Of a DNA stretch of 64,000 nucleotides, positions 1 to 10,353 are shown one piece after another; within the stretch, counting starts at the first letter, position 1, and each line of letters starts with the position of its first letter. The position numbers and the translations under genes were made by a program. This DNA comes from Geopsychrobacteraceae bacterium (GTDB lineage Bacteria > Desulfobacterota > Desulfuromonadia > Desulfuromonadales > Geopsychrobacteraceae), in the NCBI GenBank assembly GCA_963676795.2, contig CAXXTB010000001.1, forward strand, positions 896,001 through 960,000, given 5' to 3'. The notes below the pieces were generated by a model that was not told the DNA's origin, ran no database searches, and worked only from the letters and a program-made list of their open reading frames with translations.

Positions 1-182
1 AGCCAGACGAACAGGGCGAGAGACAGCTCACCGATCCAGCCGGCCGGATTGCCGAGTATGTAGCGGGTGAAAACACCCCAGATACAGATACAGACAATGC
101 CGAACATTGTCACGGAGCTGATCAGGACATCGAGTCTGCCAACCAGGTCGAGTATGGCCAGGATCTTTTTAATGACTCCCAT
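1..182 (-). CDS. dctQ: TRAP transporter small permease DctQ (partial, runs off window)
   Basis: Manual translation from ATG at 182: MGVIKKILAILDLVGRLDVLISSVTMFGIVCICIWGVFTRYILGNPAGWIGELSLALFVW. The VFTRY..P..W..EL..LFVW pattern is typical of DctQ. Lies downstream of dctP. Confidence 0.85.
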   Translation of the reverse strand, partial: MGVIKKILAILDLVGRLDVLISSVTMFGIVCICIWGVFTRYILGNPAGWIGELSLALFVW

Positions 183-221
183 AGAATTTCTCGTCTGCTA
201 GGGTTTTTCAGATATCGTCGT

Positions 222-246
222 GCGGGCCGACCAGGAGTCGGCCCGC
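222..246 (-). terminator. GC-rich hairpin between dctP and dctQ (mRNA stabiliser or partial terminator)
   Basis: GCGGGCCGAC-CAGGA-GTCGGCCCGC perfect 10-bp stem. Confidence 0.55.
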
Positions 247-263
247 TTGTCGTTCAGTTTTCT

Positions 264-1241
264 TTACTCAAGGCTGTTCAGGGTTTCCTCGTAGAGACCG
301 GCGGTCCACTCCGGGAACTGGCCTTTCATGACCTCGAGGGCATTCTGCATATAAGGGCCAACCTCGACCTCGACAACCTCAACGCCTTCGGCAACCATCT
401 TGTCGATGTAGTCCTGTTCGGTTCCCTTGATCAGCTTGGTTGCAAACTGGGACATTTCCATACCGGTTTCTTCCAGCAGTTTCTGCTGATCAGCGGACAG
501 TCTGTTCCAGAAAGCTGTACCGATAACCCATGGGGCCATGTGGACGTCATGGTTGGTGAGGATCAGGAATTTTGCCTGCTCGTAGAATTTGCCGCCATAG
601 AGGGTTCCCGCTGGGTTTTCGATGCCGCTGACGATCCCCTGGGACATGGCGGTGTAGGCTTCAGACAGGGCCAGCGGAGTCGGGGTTGCACCGACCGACT
701 TGGCCCAGTAGTTGGCGATCTTGGCATTCTGGACGCGAATTTTCTTACCGTTCATTTCGGCTGGGGTGGTCGCCCTGGTTTTGGAGAGCAGCTGGCGGGT
801 GCCGTAGTAGAAATCGGAGATGAGGATATGCATCCCCTTGTCATCCAGCTTGCTCATCAGTTCCTTCATCTTGGGCGAATGAACCAGTTTGACCTTTTGC
901 TCAACGGTGGTTCCGACATAGGGAGCGTTGATGACGCCGAGGTCGGGGACCAGATCGGCCAGGGCTCCGTAGGAGGCGATGGTGATGATGTTTGCACCCA
1001 TTTTTGCCTGCTGCTGGACGGTCGCTTCATCACCGAGCTGGCTACTTGGGAACTGTTTGAGAACGATGCTTCCGTTTGATTTTTCTTTGACGATTTTTGC
1101 CCAGTAGGTGACGGCCTGATCGACAGGCTCGCCAGGCTGGTTGCCGTAGGCGACCATGATTTCCAGGGTCTTGGCAGAGGCGCTGCCGGACACGACGGCA
1201 ACGAGTAACAGGGTCAGGCAGATACTCAACAGCTTCTTCAT
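264..1241 (-). CDS. dctP: TRAP transporter substrate-binding protein, DctP family
   Basis: Signal peptide; FPSSQLG, GKKIRV, EAYTAMSQGIVSGIENP and LILTNH motifs. Confidence 0.93.
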   Translation of the reverse strand: MKKLLSICLTLLLVAVVSGSASAKTLEIMVAYGNQPGEPVDQAVTYWAKIVKEKSNGSIVLKQFPSSQLGDEATVQQQAKMGANIITIASYGALADLVPDLGVINAPYVGTTVEQKVKLVHSPKMKELMSKLDDKGMHILISDFYYGTRQLLSKTRATTPAEMNGKKIRVQNAKIANYWAKSVGATPTPLALSEAYTAMSQGIVSGIENPAGTLYGGKFYEQAKFLILTNHDVHMAPWVIGTAFWNRLSADQQKLLEETGMEMSQFATKLIKGTEQDYIDKMVAEGVEVVEVEVGPYMQNALEVMKGQFPEWTAGLYEETLNSLE

Positions 1242-1357
1242 TCAAACCTCCATGCACCTTTGGTTGGTCCCGTTCATTCGGGCTTTTATTGAATTACGCA
1301 TCGCTTGGTGAGGTGATGCGCCAGTCATTGCATGTTGCAGATGTCGCTTTAAAAAGG

Positions 1358-1409
1358 TTGATTGACAGACAATCGAATGTTAGATTCATGTAAATTGTCT
1401 GTCAATCAA
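1358..1409. promoter_or_regulatory. Pair of GntR/FadR-type operator sites forming a 16-bp perfect inverted repeat
   Basis: TTGATTGACAGACAAT (1358-1373) and ATTGTCTGTCAATCAA (1394-1409). Each is a near match to TTGTCNGACAA. Located between the divergent dctP and gntR genes. Confidence 0.75.
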
Positions 1410-1549
1410 AAAAATAACGATGTATTCTTTTAGCCTGACAAGGGGCTGTCGCATCGCTAATGATGTCCTGAATTTGCTTTGTTTTGCTGCAACATATTAA
1501 ATTATAGCGGGTTATCTGAAAGATTTGAGGTTTGGCGGATATTTTTTGA

Positions 1550-1564
1550 TATTGTCAGACAATA
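1550..1564. promoter_or_regulatory. GntR/FadR-type operator, perfect palindrome
   Basis: TATTGTC-A-GACAATA upstream of the GntR gene. Confidence 0.75.
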
Positions 1565-1637
1565 ACTGGTATCAGGCGCGACGCTTGACTATTCAAAACG
1601 ACGTCATGATAATTGCCGGAGCTTGGAGTGAATTCAT

Positions 1638-2348
1638 ATGGGTGTGAAAGCCGTGCAGACAGTGAACGATAAAAACGAACGTCTCTATATCAGGGTGTCT
1701 CAGGATATAAAAAAATATCTGCTGGAGAATCATTTTCTCGAGGGGGATCGTCTGCCTTCAGAAACTGAACTGTCCAAGGTTCTGGGTGTCAGCCGTGCTA
1801 CTGTGCGCGAAGCGATTGTTGCCCTGGAGGTGTCGGGCGTTCTGGATGTCAGGCGCAACGTCGGAGCTGTTGTGCTGAATCTTGGCAGTGATCTGCACAG
1901 TCTTGTTAATATCGAGGCCGGACCTTTTGAGCAGATCCGGGTGCGTAAGCTGCTTGAGCCGGAAGCGGCAAGGCTGGCGGCTGAAAATCGTACGACCGAG
2001 CAGTGCCAGGCGATGGAGTCGGCAATAGAGATGATGGTCGGTGAGAATCGGGCCGGTTTTGAGACCGAGGATGGGGATATGCAGTTTCATCTGCTGATCG
2101 CCAGGGCTTCGGGCAATTCGTTGCTGGCCAGTTATATCGAGGGTCTCTGGGAGATGCGCCATCACGGCAAACTGTGGCCACAGCTCCAGCGCAGCGTCGA
2201 CATCAGTGCCATGAGAACCCGGGCGGTCTTTCAGCATATGCGCGTTCTCGAAGCGATTAAATCGGGCAATCCCGAGGGGGCTGCTCAGGCGATGACAAAG
2301 CACCTTGATTCGGTCGAAGAGGAGCTGGAAGGGACGATTCAAGGGTAA
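1638..2348 (+). CDS. GntR family regulator, FadR subfamily (UxuR/ExuR-like)
   Basis: wHTH GDRLPSETEL..LGVSRATVREA; FCD domain GPFEQIRVR..DMQFHLLIARASGN. Confidence 0.92.
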   Translation: MGVKAVQTVNDKNERLYIRVSQDIKKYLLENHFLEGDRLPSETELSKVLGVSRATVREAIVALEVSGVLDVRRNVGAVVLNLGSDLHSLVNIEAGPFEQIRVRKLLEPEAARLAAENRTTEQCQAMESAIEMMVGENRAGFETEDGDMQFHLLIARASGNSLLASYIEGLWEMRHHGKLWPQLQRSVDISAMRTRAVFQHMRVLEAIKSGNPEGAAQAMTKHLDSVEEELEGTIQG

Positions 2349-2384
2349 ACTTTGGAAGAGGGCGGTGGGCCGTGACTCATGCAG

Positions 2385-2418
2385 CAGAAAAGCCCCGTAA
2401 ATTTAAGGGGCTTTTCTG
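2385..2418. terminator. Bidirectional rho-independent terminator
   Basis: CAGAAAAGCCCC-N10-GGGGCTTTTCTG. Confidence 0.8.
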
Positions 2419-2740
2419 TTGTTTAGCTATGTTCTTTGAAGATCTTCACCGGGAAGATCGTTTTGGGTCGCATTGAAAGCGATCCATTGTGTGCTTTATT
2501 TGTGATGTGTTTAATGGTTCAATCCTCTACGGTCTGGTGGCTCAGAGACTCTCATAACGCCTTCCTCCCTTTATGTTAGAGTTGGTTAAACTCTAGCACA
2601 AATGAGCCTGAAAAGCGATAGCATTTCCCCGTTTTTTTCGCCCCGGGAAAAGTTATTCTTAATAGATGCAAAAGTGCCGGTAATGGTGTGTAATAGAAGA
2701 GTCGCTTATGGGAAGTCTTGCTTTTACAGGTTCAGAAGAT

Positions 2741-3526
2741 ATGCGCTTCGTACTTTACAACATCTGCTACGGAACAGGTCCGAAATTTCATCAGTTGCTC
2801 GGTGTGACCGGCAAGCAGCTGCGTCGTATCGAAGGTTTTCTGCGCGAACTTGAGCCTGACCTGGTCGGACTGGTCGAGATCGACTTCGGGTCGTTTCGCA
2901 GCGGGCGAAAAAACCAGGTCGAGCTGCTGGCGGAATCGTTGGGGCACTATCATTCCTATTCGATGAAGTACGACCAGTCTTCCCTGTGGCGCCATGTGCC
3001 GATCTTCAATCGCCAGGGGAATGCTTTTCTCGCCCGGGACCGGATCCATCATGAGACCTTTCACTATTTCGACAGCGGAATGAAACGTCTGGTTATCGAA
3101 CTGGAGCTGGATCATCTGGTTGTCTATCTGGTGCACCTCTCTTTGGGGGCGCGTACCCGTCAGCAGCAGCTCAATGCCCTGTTCAATCTGGTCAGGAGGG
3201 CCGACAAGCCTTGTATCGTAGCCGGTGATTTCAATGTCTTCTGGGGGGAACAGGAGATCGACCTGTTTCTTGCCGCGACCGGCTTGCGCAGTGTCAATAC
3301 CAGCGAACTTCCGACTTTTCCGAGCCACCGCCCGACCCGTCATCTCGATTTTATCCTCTGCAGTCCGGAAATCGAGGTGGTGAATTTTCAGATTCCCCGG
3401 GTCCGGTTCTCGGATCATCTGCCCCTGGTTCTTGATTTTAACGTCCAAGTTGAACGCGATAGGCGTGCCCGGAACCGTCCTGATCCGAACCCTGTCCCCC
3501 CTGAAGTCGAATCTCTCGCCCTCTGA
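2741..3526 (+). CDS. Endonuclease/exonuclease/phosphatase (EEP) family protein
   Basis: LYNI, DLVGLVE, VHL, AGDFN, PTFPS, LDFIL and SDHLP motifs. Start placed at MRFVLYN; the ORF track extends it to 2708. Confidence 0.9.
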   Translation: MRFVLYNICYGTGPKFHQLLGVTGKQLRRIEGFLRELEPDLVGLVEIDFGSFRSGRKNQVELLAESLGHYHSYSMKYDQSSLWRHVPIFNRQGNAFLARDRIHHETFHYFDSGMKRLVIELELDHLVVYLVHLSLGARTRQQQLNALFNLVRRADKPCIVAGDFNVFWGEQEIDLFLAATGLRSVNTSELPTFPSHRPTRHLDFILCSPEIEVVNFQIPRVRFSDHLPLVLDFNVQVERDRRARNRPDPNPVPPEVESLAL

Positions 3527-3566
3527 TTTTTACGAAAATTTACATTCCTTTGCGCGTCGATACTCT

Positions 3567-3731
3567 AGGAGGCTGTCGGGCTTTGCGGATCGTCACGAAA
3601 AACCAGTTGATTGAGGACAGATTTTCGACCGTTTGAGAGCGAATAGCCGTAGCTATTTGTCAAAAAGGGTCGGAAATATGGACCGATCAGATGATTTTGC
3701 AACAGATTCATGTAAAGTCCGACAGCCTCCT
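3567..3731. mobile_element. MITE-like non-autonomous element (~165 bp)
   Basis: Terminal inverted repeats AGGAGGCTGTCGGGCTTT / AAAGTCCGACAGCCTCCT with 1 mismatch; CTAG/CTGG at the junctions; internal hairpin; no ORF. Confidence 0.7.
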
Positions 3732-3759
3732 GGGATACGAATAATTTCAGAGTTCGATA

Positions 3760-3810
3760 TTGACAAAAAATGACCATGAAGTCATATAATGACCCTTCGG
3801 TCATTTTTTA
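3760..3810 (+). promoter_or_regulatory. sigma70-like promoter overlapped by two tandem TetR-type palindromic operators
   Basis: TTGACA 3760-3765 and TATAAT 3785-3790 (19-bp spacer). ATGAC-N6-GTCAT at 3770-3785 and 3789-3804. Confidence 0.75.
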
Positions 3811-3854
3811 GGGATTGAGCGGGGTGCTGAATCCAGGCGAAACGAAGGGGACCT

Positions 3855-4457
3855 ATGGCTTCAGTCGGACGAAAAAAAGCGCTTCTTGATCAGCTGCTGC
3901 ATGAGGAGATTACCAAGGCTGTACTCTCACTGATTGCGGAAGATCAAACCGTTACTATGGAGATGGTTGCCAAGCGCTGCGGTGTTGCCAAGGGGACTCT
4001 CTACAACTATTTTCGCAACAAGGACGATTTGCTTCAGGTGGTCAATGAATCGGTTCTTGGCGAAATTGTTGCCGGCAATAACGTGGTTTGGCAATCTTCT
4101 GCACCTCCTCTGGAGAGACTGATGAATTTTGTCGATCATGTCTATCGGACCTTTGATAAATATTCGGTCTATTTCCGTTTTATCAGGCGCGGCAAGTCGG
4201 CAGATGAAATGCTGGAAAAACGCGATCAGTTGATTATCAGTCCCCTGGAAAAAATCATTGTTGAGGGAATATCCGGAGGGGAGTTTGTTGCCAGTGATCC
4301 TTTTATTCTGGCTGAAATGCTTCATGGCGCGATCATCGGTGCGCTGGAAGGACTTGCTTATCACGAGACGGGTGAGCGGGATATGGAGCAGATGAAACAG
4401 AATGTCAAAATGCTTATAGTCAAAGTTACCTCAGTTCAGGTGCAGGAGAAGTTATGA
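3855..4457 (+). CDS. TetR/AcrR family transcriptional regulator
   Basis: TMEMVAKRCGVAKGTLYNYFRNKDDL HTH; first gene of the efflux operon. Confidence 0.93.
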   Translation: MASVGRKKALLDQLLHEEITKAVLSLIAEDQTVTMEMVAKRCGVAKGTLYNYFRNKDDLLQVVNESVLGEIVAGNNVVWQSSAPPLERLMNFVDHVYRTFDKYSVYFRFIRRGKSADEMLEKRDQLIISPLEKIIVEGISGGEFVASDPFILAEMLHGAIIGALEGLAYHETGERDMEQMKQNVKMLIVKVTSVQVQEKL

Positions 4458-5608
4458 GAAAGAAAGTGTGGGTCGGAGTCGTCATTGTTGCTCTGGTCGT
4501 CTGTGTTTATCAGTTGTTGACAGTAAAATCATACGCAGCTTCCCCAGCCGGTGCGGCTGGTCAGCAGCGGGCTGTCGCTGTGGATGTCGTTGCGGTGACG
4601 GCACAGGATCTGGTTCTGACCGAAGAACTTCCAGGGCGGACCTCGGCGTATCAGGTCGCCGAGATTCGTCCTCAGGTCAGCGGAATTGTTGTCAAACGCA
4701 TGTTCACCGAGGGGAGCCTCGTCAAGAAGGGGCAGCAGCTTTATCAGATTGATGACGCCCCTTATCTGGCGACCTTCGACAGTGCCGCCGCAGGCTTGAA
4801 AAAGGCCGAGGCGACCTTGCGCGCTGCCGAGCCGACCCTGGAGCGCTACACCCGGCTGATTGATCTCGGCGGCGTCAGTCGTCAGGATTACGACAGCGCC
4901 GTTGCCGCTGTTGAGCAGGCCAAAGCCGATGTCGCTGTGGCCAGAGCTGCGGTTTCGGCGGCCATGATCAACCTCAATTACACCAAGGTTCTCGCGCCGA
5001 TCTCCGGTCGCATCGGTCGCTCTGAGGTGACCGAAGGGGCGCTGGTGACAGCGAACCAGACTACCGCCCTGGCGACTATCCAGAACCTGAGCAAGGTCTA
5101 TGTCGACGTCAGTCAGTCGGCCAGTGCGCTGATGAAGTTGCGCAGGCAGGCGGGCTCAGTGAACGCAAAACACTTGACCGAGGCTGAGCTGCTGCTCGAT
5201 GGCGAGGCGGATCCCTATACGCAAAAGGGCGAGGTGCTTTTCTCTGATATCAGCGTCGATGAGTCAACCGGTATGGTTCAGCTGCGGATTCTCTTTCCCA
5301 ACCCCGACGAGTATCTGCTGCCCGGTCTGTTCGTCAAGGCCAGACTTGCCCAGGCGGCTCTGAACGATGCGGTTGTTGTCCCGCAGCAGTCGGTGATCCG
5401 GGGTGCTGGCGGTTCCAGCAGTGTCTGGGTTGTCGGTGATGACGATACGGTATCGTCGCGTCCTGTTGTTGTGACCAGGGCTCTGGGTGACAAGTGGCTG
5501 GTTGAGTCAGGGGTTGAGAGCGGCGAGCGGATTGTGCTCTCCGGTGTTCAGAAGATCCGTGCCGGAGCGAAGGTCACTCCTAACGTCGTAACCGCTTCGG
5601 CTCAGTAA
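4454..5608 (+). CDS. acrA: RND efflux periplasmic adaptor (AcrA/MexA family)
   Basis: [36 protein letters not shown] and LLPGLFV motifs. Confidence 0.93.
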   Translation: MRKKVWVGVVIVALVVCVYQLLTVKSYAASPAGAAGQQRAVAVDVVAVTAQDLVLTEELPGRTSAYQVAEIRPQVSGIVVKRMFTEGSLVKKGQQLYQIDDAPYLATFDSAAAGLKKAEATLRAAEPTLERYTRLIDLGGVSRQDYDSAVAAVEQAKADVAVARAAVSAAMINLNYTKVLAPISGRIGRSEVTEGALVTANQTTALATIQNLSKVYVDVSQSASALMKLRRQAGSVNAKHLTEAELLLDGEADPYTQKGEVLFSDISVDESTGMVQLRILFPNPDEYLLPGLFVKARLAQAALNDAVVVPQQSVIRGAGGSSSVWVVGDDDTVSSRPVVVTRALGDKWLVESGVESGERIVLSGVQKIRAGAKVTPNVVTASAQ

Positions 5609-5625
5609 CCAGACAGGATAAAGCA

Positions 5626-8600
5626 ATGCCCAGATTTTTTATCGAACGACCCATCTTTGCCTGGGTTATCGCCATCGTCATTATGCTGGGTGGGGTGTTT
5701 GCCATTGAAACCCTGCCGGTTGAACAGTATCCGCAGATCGCTCCGCCAAGCGTTTCGATCAGGGCCAATTATTCGGGCGCTTCGGCCGAGGTGCTTGAGA
5801 ATAGCGTCACCCAGGTTATCGAACAGAGTCTGACCGGGATCGATAACCTGCGTTACTTTTCCTCTTCCAGTGATTCCAACGGCAACATGTCGATCAGTTT
5901 GACCTTCGAGCCGGGGACCGATGCGGATATCGCCCAGGTGCAGGTTCAGAACAAGGTCTCGCAGGTTTCCAGCCTGCTCCCCCAGGCTGTTCAGCAGCAG
6001 GGGGTTGTGGTTCGCAAGTCGTCATCGGGTTTTTTGATGGTTGTTGGCGTTTCGTCAACCGACCCTAATGTCAGCGAATATGAGATCGCTGATTATCTCA
6101 ACTCGAACCTGGTTGACCCGATCAGTCGTCTGAACGGCGTCGGTACCGTCAATGTCTTCGGCGCCCAGAAGGCGATGCGCATCTGGCTCAATCCGGAAGC
6201 ATTGCACAGCTACAGCCTGATGCCCTCGGATATCGAGTCGGCGATCAAGGCTCAGAATGTCGAGGTCTCCTCCGGCCAGCTTGGTGCTGGTCCTGCGGTA
6301 GCCGGGCAGCAGCTCAATGCGACGATCAAGGCGATGACCAAGCTGCAGACGGTCGAACAGTTTGAAGCGCTCCTGATCAAGGTCAAGACCGATGGTTCTC
6401 AGGTGCGTCTCAAGGACGTCGCCCGGATTGAGCTTGGCGCCCAGTCTTACAGCTCGATCGTCCGTTACAAGGGGATGCCGGCCAGTGGCATCGGGGTTTC
6501 GCTGGCGACCGGGGCCAATGCCCTGGAAACTGCAGAGCTGGTCAAGACCAAGGTTGAAGAGTTGAAGGCTTTCATGCCGGCCGGTTATGAAGTCAATTAT
6601 CCCTATGATTCGACCCCCTTCGTTGAGCTGTCGATTCACGAGGTGGTCAAGACCCTGATCGAAGCGATCGTGCTGGTTTTCTTCGTCATGTTCCTGTTCC
6701 TGCAGAATTTCCGGGCGACCCTGATTCCAACCATCGCCGTGCCGGTCGTTCTGCTCGGAACCTTCGGCATTCTCGAAGCCGCCGGATACTCGATCAACGT
6801 ACTGACCATGTTTGCCATGGTTCTCGCCATCGGCCTGCTGGTCGATGATGCCATTGTCGTTGTCGAGAACGTTGAACGGATTATGTCTACGGAGGGGTTG
6901 TCACCCAAGGAAGCGACAAAGAAATCGATGAGTCAGATCACCGGGGCCCTGGTCGGGATCGCCCTGGTTCTTTCCGCCGTTTTCGTGCCGATGGCCTTCT
7001 TCGGCGGTTCGACGGGGGCGATCTACCGCCAGTTTTCGATCACTATTGTCTCGGCAATGGCCCTGTCGGTGCTGGTTGCGCTGATCCTGACACCGGCTCT
7101 CTGTGCTACCATGCTCAAGCCGATCGAGCAGGGACACTTCCTGCAGCGACGCGGCTTCTTCGGTTGGTTCAATCGCAGCTTCGAGGCCGGCAAGGCGACC
7201 TATCGCAAGAGTGTCGGTTATGTCGCGGCCCGATCACTACGCTTTTTTATCATCTATCTGCTGATTATCGGCGGGCTGCTGTTTGTCTTTCGCCAGTTGC
7301 CGACCTCTTTTATCCCGAATGAGGATCAGGGGATCATGATTCTGCTCATCACCGCTCCCTCTGGTTCGACCCTTGAGCGAACACGGTCGGTCGCACAGCA
7401 GGTTGAGAGCTATTTCCGTGATGAAGAGCAGGACAACGTTGCTGCCTATTTCACCGCGACCGGTTTCAGCTTTTCCGGTGAAGGGCAGAATGTCGCCCTC
7501 GGTTTCATTCGGCTGAAAGACTGGGCTGAGCGCACTGGCGCCGGGCAGTCGGCTGCGGAAATCGCCGGCAGGGCGACGATGAAGCTGGCTGCAATCAAGG
7601 ATGCGATGATCTTCGTCGTCATTCCACCGCCGATTCATGAACTTGGTAACGCCACCGGGTTCAATTTTGTGCTTGTCGATCGCGGCGGGATCGGTCATGA
7701 GGCCCTGACCCAGGCACGCAATATGATGCTCGGCATGGCGTCCCAGGATCCGCGCCTGACCAAGGTTCGTCCAAACGGGATGTCGGATGTCGCCCAGTAC
7801 CAGCTGGATATCGACCAGGAGAAGGCTGCCGCACTGGGACTCTCGATTGCTGATGTCACCGATGTGCTTTCCAGTGCCTGGGGCGCGACTTACGTCAACG
7901 ACTTTATCGATGACGGCCGGATCAAGAAGGTCTACATGCAGGCCGATGCTCCCTACCGGATGCTGCCTGAGGACATCAACCGCTGGTATGTGCGCAACAG
8001 CAGTGGTGAAATGGTGCCGTTTTCTTCATTCGTGACGGCACACTGGGACTTTGGACCACAGCGGCTGGAGCGTTTCAACGGCAACTCATCGATGGAAATC
8101 CAGGGTGAGCCTGCTGCCGGTGTCAGTTCCGGTATCGCTATGGCGGCCATCGAAGAGATGGCCCAGAAGCTGCCTGAAGGGGTCGGGATCGAGTGGACCG
8201 GGATCTCCTACGAGGAGCGTCTGGCCGGATCGCAGACGACCATGCTCTACGCTGTTTCCCTGCTGATCGTTTTCCTCTGTCTGGCAGCTCTTTACGAGAG
8301 CTGGGCGATTCCTTTCGCGGTCATGCTGATCGTCCCGCTGGGGATTGTCGGGACTGTTGTTGCGACCCGCCTGGCCGGGCTTTCGAATGACGTCTATTTT
8401 CAGATCGCCCTGTTGACCACGGTCGGTCTGGCGGCCAAAAACGCGATTCTGATCGTTGAGTTTGCCAAGAGCCTCTATGAAAGCGGGCGCAGTGTCATTG
8501 TTTCGGCAATGGTGGCCGCCGAACAGCGTTTGCGGCCAATTCTGATGACCTCCTTGGCTTTTATCCTCGGTGTCACGCCGCTGGCGATCTCCCGCGGTGC

Positions 8601-8772
8601 CGGCTCTGCCAGCCAGAATGCCATCGGTATCGGGGTTATCGGCGGGATGGTGGCAGCGACAACCCTGGCGGTTGTCTTTGTACCGATGTTCTTTATCGTC
8701 ATCGAAAAATGGTCGCTGAACAGGAAACGAAAACAACGCAAAACTCAAAGTGAGGTCAAGCATGATGCGTAA
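5626..8772 (+). CDS. acrB: RND efflux permease, HAE1 (AcrB/MexB family)
   Basis: [40 protein letters not shown] and RLRPILMTS motifs; 1048 aa. Confidence 0.96.
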   Translation: MPRFFIERPIFAWVIAIVIMLGGVFAIETLPVEQYPQIAPPSVSIRANYSGASAEVLENSVTQVIEQSLTGIDNLRYFSSSSDSNGNMSISLTFEPGTDADIAQVQVQNKVSQVSSLLPQAVQQQGVVVRKSSSGFLMVVGVSSTDPNVSEYEIADYLNSNLVDPISRLNGVGTVNVFGAQKAMRIWLNPEALHSYSLMPSDIESAIKAQNVEVSSGQLGAGPAVAGQQLNATIKAMTKLQTVEQFEALLIKVKTDGSQVRLKDVARIELGAQSYSSIVRYKGMPASGIGVSLATGANALETAELVKTKVEELKAFMPAGYEVNYPYDSTPFVELSIHEVVKTLIEAIVLVFFVMFLFLQNFRATLIPTIAVPVVLLGTFGILEAAGYSINVLTMFAMVLAIGLLVDDAIVVVENVERIMSTEGLSPKEATKKSMSQITGALVGIALVLSAVFVPMAFFGGSTGAIYRQFSITIVSAMALSVLVALILTPALCATMLKPIEQGHFLQRRGFFGWFNRSFEAGKATYRKSVGYVAARSLRFFIIYLLIIGGLLFVFRQLPTSFIPNEDQGIMILLITAPSGSTLERTRSVAQQVESYFRDEEQDNVAAYFTATGFSFSGEGQNVALGFIRLKDWAERTGAGQSAAEIAGRATMKLAAIKDAMIFVVIPPPIHELGNATGFNFVLVDRGGIGHEALTQARNMMLGMASQDPRLTKVRPNGMSDVAQYQLDIDQEKAAALGLSIADVTDVLSSAWGATYVNDFIDDGRIKKVYMQADAPYRMLPEDINRWYVRNSSGEMVPFSSFVTAHWDFGPQRLERFNGNSSMEIQGEPAAGVSSGIAMAAIEEMAQKLPEGVGIEWTGISYEERLAGSQTTMLYAVSLLIVFLCLAALYESWAIPFAVMLIVPLGIVGTVVATRLAGLSNDVYFQIALLTTVGLAAKNAILIVEFAKSLYESGRSVIVSAMVAAEQRLRPILMTSLAFILGVTPLAISRGAGSASQNAIGIGVIGGMVAATTLAVVFVPMFFIVIEKWSLNRKRKQRKTQSEVKHDA

Positions 8773-10162
8773 TCTGATAAGCCTGTCTCTGCTGGTTGTC
8801 TTGGGGCTGAGCGGCTGTTCGCTGGCCCCGGTCTACCAGCGTCCGGAAGCCCCGCTGGCCGAAAACTGGCCGGCGGCAGAAGGGGACGCTCAGGCCGGTT
8901 CTGCCGCCGATGTCACCTGGCAGGATTACTTCCGTTCCGAGCCGCTCAAGCAGCTGATCGGTCGCGCTCTGGAGCAGAACCGCAACCTGAAGATCGCCGC
9001 CCTGAATATCGAACAGGCGCGGGCTGCCTACCGGATCCAGCGCGACGAACTGCTGCCGACCATCACCGCCAACGCCAGTGTTACCCGTGGTGGGGTTCCG
9101 GAAGCCACCAGCAGCAGCGGGGCTGACTATGTCTACACCAGCGCCAGCGCCAACGTCGCCCTGGCTTCCTATGAGGTCGATTTCTTCGGTCGCATCAGAA
9201 GCCTCAACGAGCAGGCCCTGGAGACCTATCTGGCGACGGAAGAGGCGCTGCTCAGCAGTCGCATGGCGCTCATCTCAGAAACGGCGAATGCCTATCTGGT
9301 TTATCTCGCCGATCAGAAGCTGCTCGGACTGTCTGAGCAGACCTTCGCCGCTTATAATGAGACACTCAAGCTGGTCAGCCGTCAGTATGAGGTCGGTGCC
9401 GCAACCCAGCTGGCAGTCGCCCAGGCGACAACCTCGGTCGAGTCGGCCCGCGCTTCGATCGCTCTCTACAGTCGCCAGCTGGCTCAGGCCAAAAATGCCC
9501 TGGTCTATCTCTGCGGCGGACCGGTCGATGACCTGCTGAATGCGGGGGAAACGATCGATAGCATCGAACTGCGCAGTGAGCTGCCGGTCGGCCTGCCATC
9601 AGAGGTTCTCCAGGCCCGTCCCGATGTCCGCCAGGCCGAGTATCAGCTCAAGGCGGCCAATGCTGATATCGGTGCTGCCCGTGCTGCACTCTTTCCGACC
9701 ATCTCTCTGACCGGTTCTCTTGGTCTGGCCAGCGACAGCCTCGAGGGGTTGCTCAAGTCGAGCGCCCGTTATGCCTGGGCCTTTACTCCGTCGGTAACCA
9801 TGCCGATCTTCAATCGCGGCCAGCTCAGGGTCAGCCTTGAGGTCGCCAAGGTCGAAGAGCGGATCGCTGCGGCGACCTATGAGCAGGTGCTGCAGGTTGC
9901 CTTTCAGGAGGTTGCCGATCAGTTGGCAGCCCGTTCGGCCTACCGTCAGCAGCTGGAGGCGCAGAATGCTTTGGTCGCCGCCGCCGAGCAGGCCTATGTT
10001 CTGGCCAAAGCACGCTACGACAATGGTGTCGACAGTTTTCTGACTCTGCTCGATGCTCAGCGGACTCTGCTCTTGGCTCGGCAATCTTCAGTTTCTGTGC
10101 GTCAGGCCTATCTGGCCAACATGGTCAGCCTCTACAATGTCCTCGGTGGCGGCCAACTTTAA
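8762..10162 (+). CDS. Outer membrane efflux lipoprotein (OprM/NodT family)
   Basis: Lipobox [31 protein letters not shown]-terminal LYNVLGGG. Confidence 0.93.
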   Translation: MMRNLISLSLLVVLGLSGCSLAPVYQRPEAPLAENWPAAEGDAQAGSAADVTWQDYFRSEPLKQLIGRALEQNRNLKIAALNIEQARAAYRIQRDELLPTITANASVTRGGVPEATSSSGADYVYTSASANVALASYEVDFFGRIRSLNEQALETYLATEEALLSSRMALISETANAYLVYLADQKLLGLSEQTFAAYNETLKLVSRQYEVGAATQLAVAQATTSVESARASIALYSRQLAQAKNALVYLCGGPVDDLLNAGETIDSIELRSELPVGLPSEVLQARPDVRQAEYQLKAANADIGAARAALFPTISLTGSLGLASDSLEGLLKSSARYAWAFTPSVTMPIFNRGQLRVSLEVAKVEERIAAATYEQVLQVAFQEVADQLAARSAYRQQLEAQNALVAAAEQAYVLAKARYDNGVDSFLTLLDAQRTLLLARQSSVSVRQAYLANMVSLYNVLGGGQL

Positions 10163-10179
10163 ACGGTTTTTCCTGCCGT

Positions 10180-10225
10180 AGCGGATCGGCAATCCGGATA
10201 TATCGGTTGCTGATCCGCTCTTTTC
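10180..10225 (+). terminator. Rho-independent terminator of the efflux operon
   Basis: AGCGGATCGGCAA...TTGCTGATCCGCT followed by CTTTTCT. Confidence 0.65.
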
Positions 10226-10353
10226 TCAGTAGAATCCTCAAAATTTCAATCTTTTCTGGCCCTGGCGCTCTATCATCGCTATACTCTTGCGCGCCGTGGG
10301 CATATCTGTTAGCAGGCCTATTGTTTATTACCGCGACCTTCGGGAGAGTTGAA

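Noticed and set aside
10226..10353. Trp attenuator or T-box before trpD; ORF-track extension of TrpD to 10207
   Set aside because: No tandem Trp leader or T-box motif; homology and RBS support the start at 10354
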